Source: Carcharhinus amblyrhynchos
Taxonomy: Eukaryota
Length of the DNA stretch: 64,000 bases
Reading direction: 5' to 3'
NCBI GenBank assembly: GCA_965287045.1
Contig: OZ336881.1
Span: 46,314,001 to 46,378,000 of the forward strand
The position numbers and the translations under genes are program-made. Below, piece after piece: positions 49,158 through 61,205 of this stretch (positions within the stretch are counted from its first letter, which is position 1; each line of letters opens with the position of its first letter). The notes under the pieces were generated by a model. It did not search any database. It saw only the letters and a program-made list of their open reading frames with translations, and was not told where the DNA came from.

Positions 49158-51307
49158 TCAAATTCACATTGGTTCTTCTATGAGACTGGAATTGATTGTG
49201 GAGAACTGCAAACACATCTGGCCCACACTGCAGCTGGTATGAAAAGGCTTTGCCAATAAAGATCCAAAAGTCTCTCCTCTATGCACAAAGGTTCACGATT
49301 GAAAGTATGTCAGAAGTAATATTTTAAAAAGTGCTGGATGAATTAGTTGCAAATCTAGCGTTGTTGTCAATCTTTTGCTCCCTTAAGGTTCTCATGCAAA
49401 GCCTGCATTCAAAATTCATTTTGGATCGAACTGAGTATAACACATTCTAATTATGGTCCACAGCAAATTCACACTTTGATTAGATCTACCAAATTGTTTT
49501 CTGGGATTAGATTTTTTACTTATTCTTTTATCGCAGAATTCTGCTTGCTGCGTAGACTTTTGTGAGGTACGCAATGCCTTGCCAACTCGCCAGCCAGCTG
49601 TGAGTTTCATGAGATTGTGATTCAGAAATGAGGACAGCATGAATGCCTTTTCAAATTAACCCCAGAAACTTTGCTGCCAAATATAGCAGTTGCTTCATAA
49701 GTCTGATGTTGCTGATGCTACCCAGTAGAGTAGCATCAGCAACATCTGACTGACTTCATCAGTTGTTTGTATAGCAGTGGTTTATAACTGTAATATACGC
49801 CCTGTTATTAGCAGTTAAAGTGCGCATTATTAGGTGCTTGTGGAGAGGGTCTTTGTGATTCGTCAAGCAAATGAGCGACAAACCAAGTTAAAATTGACTG
49901 CAGCTTAAAGGTTACCTGCTGTCTCAACCAAGAAGATAGCCGGAAGAAAATTACCTCATAACAGGTTAGCAGAGCGATAGATTTGCCACCACTCATTGCA
50001 TAAAAACTCACGCTGAACTTCAGATCTGAACTCCCTTGCTAACAGCAGATTGATCTGACATTATTAACAGGCACACCATAGTTAGATAAATGGAAATTCA
50101 AAGCTTCAAATTAAACTGTCAAAACTAACTGCCATGTTAACCTTTTACTGGACATTAGGAATTGAGAAGCCAGCTATCAGGGACCCAGTGGGGTCTCTGT
50201 CGTTTCTTTTGCAAATGGAGGAATTAAATTATATACAGATTAAAAACATGGTATTAACGCTGAAACTCTGCTTTATCACTGTGGTTTCTAAATAGAAAAT
50301 AAAACAAGTTTAGGAAACATTATAGCACTATTGAAAGTGATCTCTACATTATCCTGGTATATCTACTAACTTGCTTTCTAAAAGTTAATTGGTTTTGTAT
50401 ATTACCTCTGAGAAATGGTAGCCTGGTTTCACTTAATTTTTAAGCTTGAAAATAAGATGGAGACTAAAAAGCTTCCATAAAGAAAACAGATATTTGAAAA
50501 CTATAATGATTAACACATGAAAATTTTACACATTTATACTTAGTGCACAGAATATATTTTACTATACATGATTATTATTGGTTTGCAGTTATTCAACATC
50601 ACAACAGCCCAACTTTTTGATTAGCTCATAAGTGTTAAATCAATGGTACTTATTCTATGCTCGCTATTTTAAAAAAAAGTCTAGAAATGTTGTTATGCTT
50701 ATATTGGCAGGTGAATACTTAACATTGGAATAAAATTCCTTTGTGTCCCATTTTAAGCTTAGTGTTAACCTATCCAAAATAAATGAAATACAGACAAAGA
50801 GATTTCATGTCTTTGTGAATATTCACAACATGTGATTACAAAGATCAATCAGTTTAATTGGACTCAATCTTCCCTACACAATATCAACATCTTGGATAAT
50901 GAAAACATCATGGCAGGATCTCTTAATAAGTTCAAAACATGACAGAAATACATTTCAGGAACAACCAATCACATTTTTAAATGCCTGTGGCTGTGTGAAG
51001 TGAATGGAATATGTAAGTAATTGAAAAGTCGAACAAGAAGCCAGCCGATTATCTGCACTACAATCTGTTGAAAATGTTGGAGGCCTGACTAAAAGAATGA
51101 ATTTCATGATTTGAATCCAGATTTTCCATTTGCCAATACCCAGCTCAATAAATAGCATTCCATTCAGTCAGCAAAACCAAGGTTTGGACCATTTCTTTAA
51201 GAACTAATGCAATGAACATTTACTCTCTTTCTCATTTTCTGTCTCATTTGGTTATATATTTATTCCCTTCAGCTGAAAAATCATTGAAACATATTTGTTC
51301 TATTATT

Positions 51308-52060
51308 GGGCTGAAATTTACATAATGCACAGCCCCCATCTATGTCCACAGGCCCCCCACCCCTCCACCTTTCCCATAGGTAAGAGGTTGCGGGGTGCCT
51401 CCCCATCAAAACAACAGCTGCCATGTGGCTGTTAATGCTCGCTTGCCAATTAAGATAGGTGAAGATGGGCTTCCACCCATCAGAAACAGGTCTCACCTCT
51501 GAGAGCATCAAAGGCCATCAGATCTCCATTATCAGCGGTGCCACCAGCACTGGTGGCCAGTATCAGTGCTGCATGCAGTGTTTGAGAGGATGAGCTACAC
51601 TGAATCTAGCCTAGCAAGTGATTCGGGCCTCCCCAGGGCCCAGCATGACGATGTGGGAGAAGAGGCCAAGGAATAGCGGAAACCGGATGGGTTACAACTT
51701 GGGGGAGGACCCTTCTGGATCAATCAAGAGCTCCATTAAGGACAGAACCTCACACCCACAACCAGCCCATGTCAGGGAAATCTGCCAAGCTGATCACTTA
51801 GCACGGATCTCTCCCACCACAGGTTAAATCCTGTTCTTGGTAGAATGAGGCCCTGAAGTGAGAATTAATTGCCTACTCATGGGACTCATTTGGCCTACTG
51901 GTGGGTAGGCCACCTGGTGCCACCCTGTCATTGATAAAATTGCACTGGAGACTGAAGTGGGTGGGTAGATGATGGAAGGCTACTAAGCGGGATTTTATTT
52001 CCACTTTCCCCCTCCTCCCCACTTTCAAACCTGACAGTTAGTGAATGTAAAATCCATCCT
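51308..52060. mobile_element. long Harbinger-like non-autonomous element
   Basis: GGGCTGAAATTTAC...GTAAAATCCATCC degenerate TIRs; GC-rich interior. Confidence 0.65.
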
Positions 52061-52719
52061 AGTGTGTTTTATGCTTGGTATTCTAGAAAGGTTCAGTGTC
52101 ACTAACCATTCCTGTCTTCAGACCTTAAGTTTCCAATTACCCAAATTACACCTTTAATTGCTAAATATTCAGGTAAACAATGTTAAGATTACATTCAATA
52201 TTTGCTCGAGGATCATTCGGATTAAGTAATTTGCCGCAAAGTTGTTTTGGCCCACGTAATTGAGTGTCTTGCCTTCAATCAGAAATACAGTTTGCACATT
52301 TTTGTTGCATTTCAATAGAAATTTATCGATGGTGAAAGGTAAAAATCAATATTCTTCATGACTTCCTGACGCTGCATCATTTCCCTCACTGATTTGCTTA
52401 AACATGCTCATCTCATCTAGTCTGATGGCAGCATCAGCAATAAATAGTCTGACACAACAATCATGACTCCTATGATTAGTTTGTTTTCGAAACGACACAG
52501 AAATATAACTTAAACAGAGTTCTAAACCATCCAGAAATCCATTTCAATTAGGGGTTTAATAGAGAAAGCAATTAGCACAATAAGTATTAGAAAGTGCTTG
52601 CACCTTTCACTTTAGGTTTAAGAGGTTGTCAAAATATGAATGTCAGAATGTATTTTTGGAATACAAAAATACAAAAATTGTGTTTCTGCTAAATATATAT
52701 ATTAGAAAGTATATATATG

Positions 52720-53878
52720 ACACAGTACCTTTTGTGCCCTTAGGACATCCCAAAGTGCTTTGCATATAATCAAGTGTTCCTGAGGCACAATGATTGTTGC
52801 AGTGTTGTAGGCAGTTAATTTATACATGCTCTCCATAAGAAAACAATGAGAGTGCTAACCTAATAAATGATTCAATAAATTTGTTCCTGATGATGTTGGT
52901 TGAGGAATAAATGCCACGGCACTGGAGGGACTTCTCTAAAATAAAGCCATGGATCTAATTATTATTAATTATTAATCCTAAAGGTTGTGCAGGAACAGAG
53001 GATCTGGAAGTTACATGTACACAAATCACTGAAGGTAACAGCGCAGGATGAGAAAGCAGTTCTCAGTTAATAAAGCAGACAGGATTCTGGAGCTATATAA
53101 ATATGGGCATAAAGTGCAGGAACAAACAAAGTCTGATACATGGTATCAAACACTGGGTTTGGCCTTGCTTGTGTCCAGTTCTGGGCACCACACTTTAGGA
53201 AGGATGTGAAGGCATTAAGGAGGGTACAGGAAATGCATGAAAACTGCTCCAAGGATAAGGAATTTCAGCTGTGTTGATAAATTGGAAAGGTTGGGGGCTG
53301 CTCCCCTTGGAGCAGAGAAGATTAAGAGGAGATCTGATAGAAATGTTCAAAATGATGAGAGGCCTGGACAGAGTAGATGGAGAAAGACTGTTCCCATTGG
53401 GGGGAAAAGGACACTGATTAAAGGTGAATGGCAAAAGAAGCTTTGGTAATGCAAGGAAAACTTCATTGTGCTGCAACTGTTTAGGATCTAGAATGTATTT
53501 TCTGGGAGTGTGGTGGAGCAGATCTAATCAAGCCTTCAGAAAAGAATTAGACCATTATCTGATGAGAGAGAAATTGCAGATCTATGGGAAAAGGCAGGGG
53601 AATGGGTCTCGCTGAGCTGCTCTTGCAGAGAGCTGACCAACAGGGCAGGCTGATTGGCTTCCTTCTGTGCTGTAACCTTTCCATGATTACATTCACCCAA
53701 GAGGGCAGGCAGACGTCCATGAAATGTTTCATCTGAAAGTTGGCACCTCTGGCTGTGCAACCCCCCCTAAATACTGCACTGAATTGTCAGCTTCGATTAT
53801 ATTCTCAAACCTCTAGAGTAGGGCTTGAACCCACAGCCATCTGACTCAGTGAAAAGAATACTGAGCCAAGACTCACAC
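52720..53878 (-). mobile_element. DeuSINE split by a CR1 (pieces 52720-52955 and 53690-53878)
   Basis: The tail and Deu domain (AGGACATCCCAAAGTGCTTT...GATGTTGGTTGAGGAATAAAT...GCCATGGATCT) continue after the CR1 as TACATTCACC...CATCTGAAAG...GGGCTTGAACCCACAGCCATCTGACTCAG. Confidence 0.75.
52975..53688 (+). mobile_element. CR1 LINE 3' portion
   Basis: GTCCAGTTCTGGGCACCACACTTTAGGAAGGATGTG (VQFWAPHFRKDV) and the CR1 tail CTTCTGTGCTGTAACCTTTCCATGATT. Confidence 0.85.
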
Positions 53879-54370
53879 TGCATGACTGCATTTAAATTGA
53901 GGCAACCTCATGAGTTGTAAACCTGAGATAATTGCTTCCTTCTCCAGTTCTCTGTGAGAATTTTGACAGAGGTCCAATTTACAGCTTCCATTAAAAAAGC
54001 AATATTGAATTCTCAGCCTGAGGGAAGCTGACTTCATACCTATTTTGAATTCGAAGTGCAAGAAAAGAGGGATAATGTTGTTCAAAGTGTCAGTTTGAGT
54101 TGAGTTATTAAAACTGAAGCCCTTTTGCTATCTATCTGAGATATCCTCAACATCCTAATCTGTGTCCTTCAATAAAAATCATTCAAGGCTATAGACTTTT
54201 ACAAAGTGTAAATAAGATATGCAATCTCATTAGGTTAGCTGGCAACAATCCTTCATTGGTTTGGATGCAGACTGTTTTTACTAAATACCCTTTTCTCCAT
54301 TCAGAAAATGATTTCCTATGCATTTCTGACTACGTCTCATGATTTCTTAGATTATTTTTCAAGTGTATTT

Positions 54371-54720
54371 GGGTGTCACGTTAGCACAGTGTTCAGCACT
54401 GCTGCTTCATAGCGCCAGGGACTTGGTTTGATTCCCGGCTTGGGTCACTGTCTGTGTGGAGTTTGCACATTCTCCTCGTGTCTGCATGGGTTTCCTCTGA
54501 GTGCTTCGGTTTCCTCCCACAGTCCAAAGATATGTGGGTTAGGTTGATTGGCCGTGCTAAAATTTCCCCTTAGTATCCTGAGATGCTTAGGTTAGAGGGA
54601 TTAACGGGTAAATATGTAGCGATATGGGAGTAGGGTCTGGGTGGGATTGCAGTTGGTGCAGACTCAATGGGCCAAACGGCCTGCTTCTGCACTGTAGGGT
54701 TTCTACGATATTTCTATGAT
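54371..54720 (+). mobile_element. HE1-like V-SINE, tail A (near full length)
   Basis: Head, V-core and tail GGTGCAGACTCAATGGGCCAAACGGCCTGCTTCTGCACTGTAGGG...TTCTATGAT. Confidence 0.92.
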
Positions 54721-56589
54721 CTCCATTATTGCGGTTAAAATATTATCGGGGCTGGGGTCATGGGGGATGCACAAATTGGACATTGTTAGACCTGTTTAAT
54801 AGTTCTCATTCAGTACTTCTAATACTAGGTCTGTGCATGGATCGAGCCTCTATGGAAGTGAGATTGGTGTTTAGTGACAACACTAAATACGTAATAGCAA
54901 AGTGACAACCTGTTTTACACTGCACCCAATTTTCTTCACTATTGTGTTAATGAAGCAACATTTGGGGTGCCTCAGCAGAGTATTCGTGTGCAGGAAGGAG
55001 AACCCCACCTGCTAACTTCTTTGGAGTGCTCCAACAAAGACTTCTGGTTAGCATCCTGCAGAACCTGAAAAATCTTAGGCAGAACCTGTGCAGCACAAGC
55101 TTTGAACAGTTGAAGCAAATTTAGGAAATTGATTCTGAAATTGGTACAAGTCCATTTCAACGTTGAAATATCAGATTGTTGGCTAGTGTTAATCCTGTAC
55201 ATTATTATATTAAAGTGGTCTGATGTGGTGACATGATTTTACATGTATTCAAAATGAATTATATGTGTCAACAATATTTACCTTATTGGGCATGTGTTAA
55301 TATGCGATTTAAATTCAATCTGTGCAGTGTGCTGTTGTTTGCTTTATTTGGAAAAAAAACACAAAGAGGAATAAATGTTTCTTAATATGAGCAAACAACT
55401 CAAAAGCGTAAAACTGTTAAGCCACCACTGGCAGTGGATGTCAAGGTTGGAGAGCTAAACCGCTCTGATGGTTGAGTTAAAGTGACCTTATGTTGATCCT
55501 TTCTCTGTTTACTGACATCACATTCACATGGGTCAAGAGGGTGGAAGCAGAGGGAATGCTAGTTAACCAAAATAAACCCTACAATGCTGACTTCCCGTGC
55601 AGTAATATGATTCCAAGCAGACCAAGGTATAGTTGTATTGTATGTAATCCTAATTAAAAAGGTAAATATTTTAAAATACAAAATTCTGAGGTTCCTATAT
55701 ATGACATTATGTGGTGTGATATGTACTTTTATATCAGATTTTTATCATTTGTGGTCCTTTTATCTATGAAAATCACGTTGGATGTTACTAGATTGCACAT
55801 ACTAGTTCATTATAATTTATTGCTGGTGGACAATTAACACAGATTACAGCTGATGATAATGTTATTCTTTGTTACACTTTGATGTGTAGGAATGATGATT
55901 ACAGAGCTTCACATTCAGGACATGCTAGTTCAAAGAAGTGGAAGTAATCCTAACACCCATTTATGATAAGTTTAACTTCAGTAGCTGTTCTTGTAGCCAG
56001 AAATGGATTCTTAACTGTAAGTTACCTTTGACTTCAGTATGGTGGCAAAATTTTATAGCATCTTATTTTTGCATGAGAAGTGACAAAACTGCAAAGAATC
56101 CAATCATATTCATGTTAATGATAGCTAAGTGAAACAGTCTTGACAGTGGAGAATATCAAATTAAATTCTTCCTCTGTTGTAAGTAATTAGTCAGTATCTG
56201 TCATTAATGTTAAGATTATATTAGTTGTGAAGGTAGAATGTTTATTATACTCAGCATATTGTACAGCTTGAGACCATTTACTCAAAATACACAGGAGAAA
56301 ACAACACTGCACTCTCAGCTAAGAATCCCAAACTCTCAGCTGCAGCTGTTCTCTAGTATTTTGTCATTCCTGGAAGCAGCACTGCACTGTCTTCGGTGAG
56401 AGTATAGGTCATCTAACGAAGGATATTATGCCATTCAAATCCCAGTTGAAGCCAAGGAACAATGATTCAATCTTTTTTGAGACAGCCAACTTCTGAACAA
56501 TAAAGTATATTTTTTCTTTCCTACTTTGTGCACATTCCAACACAAAAAAAATTGCCAGTTTCCACGCTTACAAAAAAGGAGAGCAATTA

Positions 56590-56870
56590 ATAGCCACTAA
56601 AGCATTTTTGAAGTGTAGCCACTGTTCTAACGGGCACACAGCAAGGTGCCACAAGCAGGAATGAGAAAATAAATGAATGACCATGCATGTCTAACAATGT
56701 TGGCCGAGATACCAACCATGTTGGCCAGCATACCAGGAAAATGTCCTGCTCTTCTTTGATAATACCATGGGAATTTTTACATCATGAGTGTGCAGACGGG
56801 TTCTTTTAAGATCTCATCCAAAAGGCCAATAATGCAACACTCCCTTGGTATTGTACGGAATTTGGCTTAG
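56590..56870 (-). mobile_element. DeuSINE 3' part (head displaced to ~58662-58755)
   Basis: TTTTGAAGTGTAGCCACTG...CCTGCTCTTCTTTGATAATACCATGGGAATTTTTACATC; the head GGAGCATGACTTGAAGCCATGAACTTCTGACT...TGAGCCAAGGCTG lies at 58688-58751. Confidence 0.7.
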
Positions 56871-57056
56871 ATGGAGTAGGTAGGGAGAAGTTGTTTCCAC
56901 TGAGAGGAGGGTTAGTAACTAGGTAACACAGATTTAAGATAATTGGCTACAAAAAACGTGGTGATGAGAACATTTTTGTGCAGCATGTTATGATATAGAA
57001 TGCAATCTATAGTATAAGAGATTAATTCTAACTGTTATGTGCAAACAAGACACAAT

Positions 57057-57176
57057 GGGCGGAATTTTACAGCCTCACTCATCCTAAAATCCTGCCCAAG
57101 GTCAATAAACCTTTCCATGGTCCGTCCCTCATCTTCAACGATTCACATGGTGGCCAGGACAGTAAAATTTTAGCCA
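57057..57176. mobile_element. short Harbinger-like MITE
   Basis: TIRs GGGCGGAATTTTAC / GTAAAATTTTAGCC. Confidence 0.7.
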
Positions 57177-57234
57177 GTATGCATCACTACGGAAGTGTTG
57201 CAATGTCACACGATCTTCCTCTCTCATGCAGACT

Positions 57235-58391
57235 TTATGAGATCAGAAGGTTAGGGGGCATGGAGTTGGGGGTAAGGTGTTAGCTTGGATAGAGGATTGG
57301 TTGTCTAATAGGAGGCAGAGAGTTGGTATGAATGGGTGTTATTCTGATTGGCGGTTGGTAACTAGTGGACTGCTGCAGGGATCGGTGCTGGGGTCTCAGC
57401 TATTTACCATTTATATAGATGATTTGGAGAAGGGGGCTGAGTGTAGGGTGACGAAATTTGCTGATGACACAAAGATGAGTGGAAAAGCAAATTGTGCGGA
57501 GGGTGTGGAAAGTCTGCAGAGGGATCTGGATAGGCTGAGCGAGTGGGCGAGGACCTGGCAGATGGAGTACAATGTTAGCAAGTGTGAGGTTATCTACTTT
57601 GGCAGAAATAATAGTAGGAGGGATTACTATTTAAAGGGCAAAAAGCTGCAGCATGCTACGGTGCAGAGGGACCTGGGGGTCCTTGTGCATGAGTCGCAAA
57701 AACCCAGTCTGCAGGTGCAGCAGGTGATCAAGAAGGAGAATGGGATGCTGGCCGTTATAGCGAGGGAGAGAGAATATAAAGGTAGGGAGGTCTTGCTGCA
57801 ACTGTACAGGGCACTGGTGAGGCCGCAGCTGGAGTACTGTGTGCAGTTTTGGTCACTGCACTTGCGTAAGGATATTTTGGCCTTGGAGGGAGTGCAGAGG
57901 AGGTTCACTAGGCTGATACCGGAGATGAGGGGGTTAGGATATGAAGAGAGATTAAATAGACTGGGTCTGTACTCATTGGAGTTTAGAAGGATGAGGGGGG
58001 ATCTTATAGAGACGTATAAGATAATGAAGGGGATGGATAGGGTAGAGGTAGAGAGATTCATCCTGCTGAGAAAGCACAGCAGGACTAGAGGGCACAGCCT
58101 CAAGATAAGGGGGGGGAGCAGTTTAGAACGGAGTTGAGGAGGAACTTCTTCACTCAAAGGGTGGTGAATCTCTGGAATTCTCTGCCCGTTGAAGTGGTGG
58201 AGGCTACCTCGCTAAATATATTTAAGTCACGGGTAGATAGGTTTTTGATAGACAAGGGAATTGAGGGTTATGGGGAGAAAGCGGGAAAGTGGAACTGATC
58301 CACTTCAGATCAGCCATGGTCTTACTGAATGGTGGGGCAGGCTCGAAGTACTAGATGGCCTCCTCCTGCTCCTATTTCTTATGTTCTTATG
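57235..58391 (+). mobile_element. young CR1 LINE, 5'-truncated
   Basis: Nearly intact ORF2 C-terminal half with 3' UTR ending CTCCTATTTCTTATGTTCTTATG. Confidence 0.97.
57277..58137 (+). pseudogene. CR1 ORF2 reverse transcriptase fragment (286 aa, no N-terminus)
   Basis: WLSNRRQRV, SGLLQGSVLGSQLFTIYIDDL, KFADDTK, WQMEYNVSKC and LVRPQLEYCVQFW; apparent frameshift near the G-run at ~58110. Confidence 0.93.
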
Positions 58392-59017
58392 GCAAGATGA
58401 AGTCGCAGTGAGATGTTTCTGAACAAAGTTAGTGTTTTCCTTACCTCAGCAGACTCTGAGTATTTTGTGTTGGCATGAGACCAAGAATATGTTGGAGTCA
58501 GCAGATTCAATAATAACTTTCAAAATGGAATGGGGTATATATATAAAAGGAAAACATTACAGGAATTTAGGGAAAGTGTGGGGTGAGAGTCTTATTGGAT
58601 AACTCTTTTGAACAGCTAGCACAAGCACATTGGCCGCTTTCTATGCTGTAGGATTATTTGACTCTAGACTATATGATCAGCTAGCTGGAGCATGACTTGA
58701 AGCCATGAACTTCTGACTTTGAGGTAAGAGTCCTATCAATGAGCCAAGGCTGGCATTGGGGGCTGGATTTTGTCATTGCAGGTGTGCATTGGGAGACGAG
58801 TTCAATTCTGGGTTTTGAACCCGCCTCTATCTCCACTGTGCCACGGAGTGTAATTTTCACAGTGTCAGGGCCTTACTGCCCCAGAGGTGCATCTATTGGC
58901 AGTAGTTGTGGAAATGGGGAAAGGATACTTGGGAATTGAGCCATGTTCTGGTTGACAGCTATTGCTGTGCTAAATATTGTTGAATTATATGTGTTATTTA
59001 TGATTCACTTGAGGATA

Positions 59018-59250
59018 TCATAGAATCCCTAGTTCAAAAGGAGACCATTCAGCACATCGAGCCTACACCAACAACAATCTCACCCTGGCCCTGTCCCTGT
59101 AACCGCACATATTTACCCGGCTAATTCCCCTGACACTAAGGGGCAACTTACCATGGCCAGTCAACTGAACCCGCACATTTTTGGAGTGTGGGAGGAAAAA
59201 CAAAAGCACCTGGAGGAAACCCACGCAGAACATGCAAACGCCACACAGAC
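59018..59250 (-). mobile_element. HE1-like V-SINE, tail A, tRNA head missing
   Basis: TCATAGAATCCCTAG...GGGGCAACTTACCATGGCCAGTCAACTGAACCCGCACATTTTTGGAG...GGAGGAAACCCACGCAG. Confidence 0.85.
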
Positions 59251-60112
59251 ATGTACAATTATATTACATCCGAACACTTTAATGTGGTGTCACAAAAATG
59301 AGAGTATCTTCATTTTGAAAAAGACTAGGACAAATGGAGAACTGAGACCTGATCAGGGAAAGGTAGTCCAGTAAAATTTTATTCGTGCTCAGTAGTTTAT
59401 TTTTGTCCAAACCTTCACTCTTTGCATTCAATTAAATTGTTTCAGTGCTGTTACCCGTGTTCCCACAAGGTTGGAGCAAGCTAGCCAGCCAGCTTCAGAG
59501 AACTCCTATTGGCTGTCTGCCCCCATAAAAATCTTGGGAGGTCAGAAGGCAAGCTCTTAACGAGTTCCCTAATGACCTCAAGCCACCCAATTAATGATGC
59601 GAGCAACTTCACTTTCCCAACCGCCTAACCTGCAAACCATTGCTTTTCTGCCGTCTGTCCTTAGGAAATCCTTAGAGTTGGGATTGGAGGTGGGAGACTG
59701 GCATAATAATTTTGCCGTCTATTCCATTTCAATTCAGGATGTCAAAATCCAATCCTGAATATATTTATGTAAACAGAAGTTCTTCGTTAAATGGTATGTA
59801 AACGTCCTGGGAAAAAACTGATTTACTTGATCCTAGTATACTTGGTATTTTCTTTGATTTGTTTTTCTTCCTGATTATTGACATGTAAAGAATCTTAGCA
59901 GAATGATTTGCAGTTATTAAAATTATACACATTTCTTATTTGCAATTATAAATTTATGTTTCCTCTGAGGTTTTGTGTGAAATCTCTGAATGTTTCTAAT
60001 GTCAGTGCTTTTGTTGCGATGACCAATGAAATCTTTTAAACATTTGATACTTAGCATTGTTGTTATCGTACTAAACTGCCATCTCTCAGACAGAAATAGC
60101 ACAGGCCTAATA

Positions 60113-60337
60113 GTTTAAGTTTATTATTGTCAGAAGTAGGCTTACATTAACATTGCAATGAAGTTACTGTGAGAATCCCCTAGTTGCAACACTCCGGCAC
60201 CAGCTTGGGTACACTGAAGGAGAATTTAATATGGCCAATGCACCTAATCAGTATGTCTTTTGGACTGTGGTAGGAAACCGAAACACTCAGAGGCCCATGC
60301 AGACACGGGGAGAACATGTGGACTCCGCAGACAGTGA
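60113..60337 (-). mobile_element. HE1-like V-SINE, tail B, tRNA head missing
   Basis: TTTATTATTGTCAGAAGTAGGCTTACATTAACATTGCAATGAAGTTACTGTG... homologous to 601-906. Confidence 0.88.
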
Positions 60338-60437
60338 AAAGCGTATGAAAATATTCAAGTTTTTGCAGTGGACTTGTAAAAATATTTTATAGATTAATTG
60401 ATTCCTCTGGCTAATGGATTTTGTTATCAAAAACGAG

Positions 60438-60751
60438 AGGACTAGAGGGCACAGCCTCAAGATAAGGGGGGGGGGAGCAGTTTAGATTAGAGTTGAGGAG
60501 GAACTTCTTCACTCAAACGGTGGTGAATCTCTGAATTCTCTGCCCGTTGAAGTGGTGGAGGCTACCTCGCTAAATGTATTTAAATCACGGGTAGATAGGT
60601 TTTTGACAGACAAGGGAATTAAGGGTTATGGGGAGAAAGCGGGAAAGCAGAACTGATCCACTTCAGATCAGCCATGATTTCATTGAATAGTGGGGCAGGC
60701 TTGAAGGGCTAGATGGCCTACTTCTGCTCCTATTTCTCATGTTCTTATGTT
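60438..60751 (+). mobile_element. CR1 3' end, same young subfamily as 57235-58391
   Basis: Aligns by eye almost base for base with 58081-58391 (AGGACTAGAGGGCACAGCCTCAAGATAAGG...TTCTTATG). Confidence 0.95.
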
Positions 60752-61205
60752 ATCTGATTTATGCTGTATTATGCAGGTTAGAGCTTGAAATGCAGAAGAG
60801 CAAGGGAGGCAGAGAGCATAAATGGAAAAAGAGGTGGATACTATGTGAGTGGAGGCATGAACTAATGATAAACTGAGAAAAGAATGAGTGAAGAGAAGTG
60901 ATAGGCAACCTAGGCCTATGACTGCAAGAGTGGCCCTCCTTCATTTTACAAGGCCACAAGATTGAAATCAGGCATGTTCACTAAATATGACCCTGTGAAT
61001 ATTTCATAATGAGTTGAAAATACTGAATCATTCATGTATTAATAAAACCGTCACAACTTCAAATGGTAAAAATAAAATAAACGTTTACACTTTGCAATTA
61101 GTACATTTTTTCCTACTGGTATGACTAAAGTAATAAGCAAGGACATTTTACATGTTCTGGCTTTCACTTTAGTTTTTTTTTCTTACCAATATGACTGGAT
61201 GGGAA

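Noticed and set aside
57627-58157. 176-aa minus-strand ORF
   Set aside because: Antisense shadow of the CR1 RT ORF.
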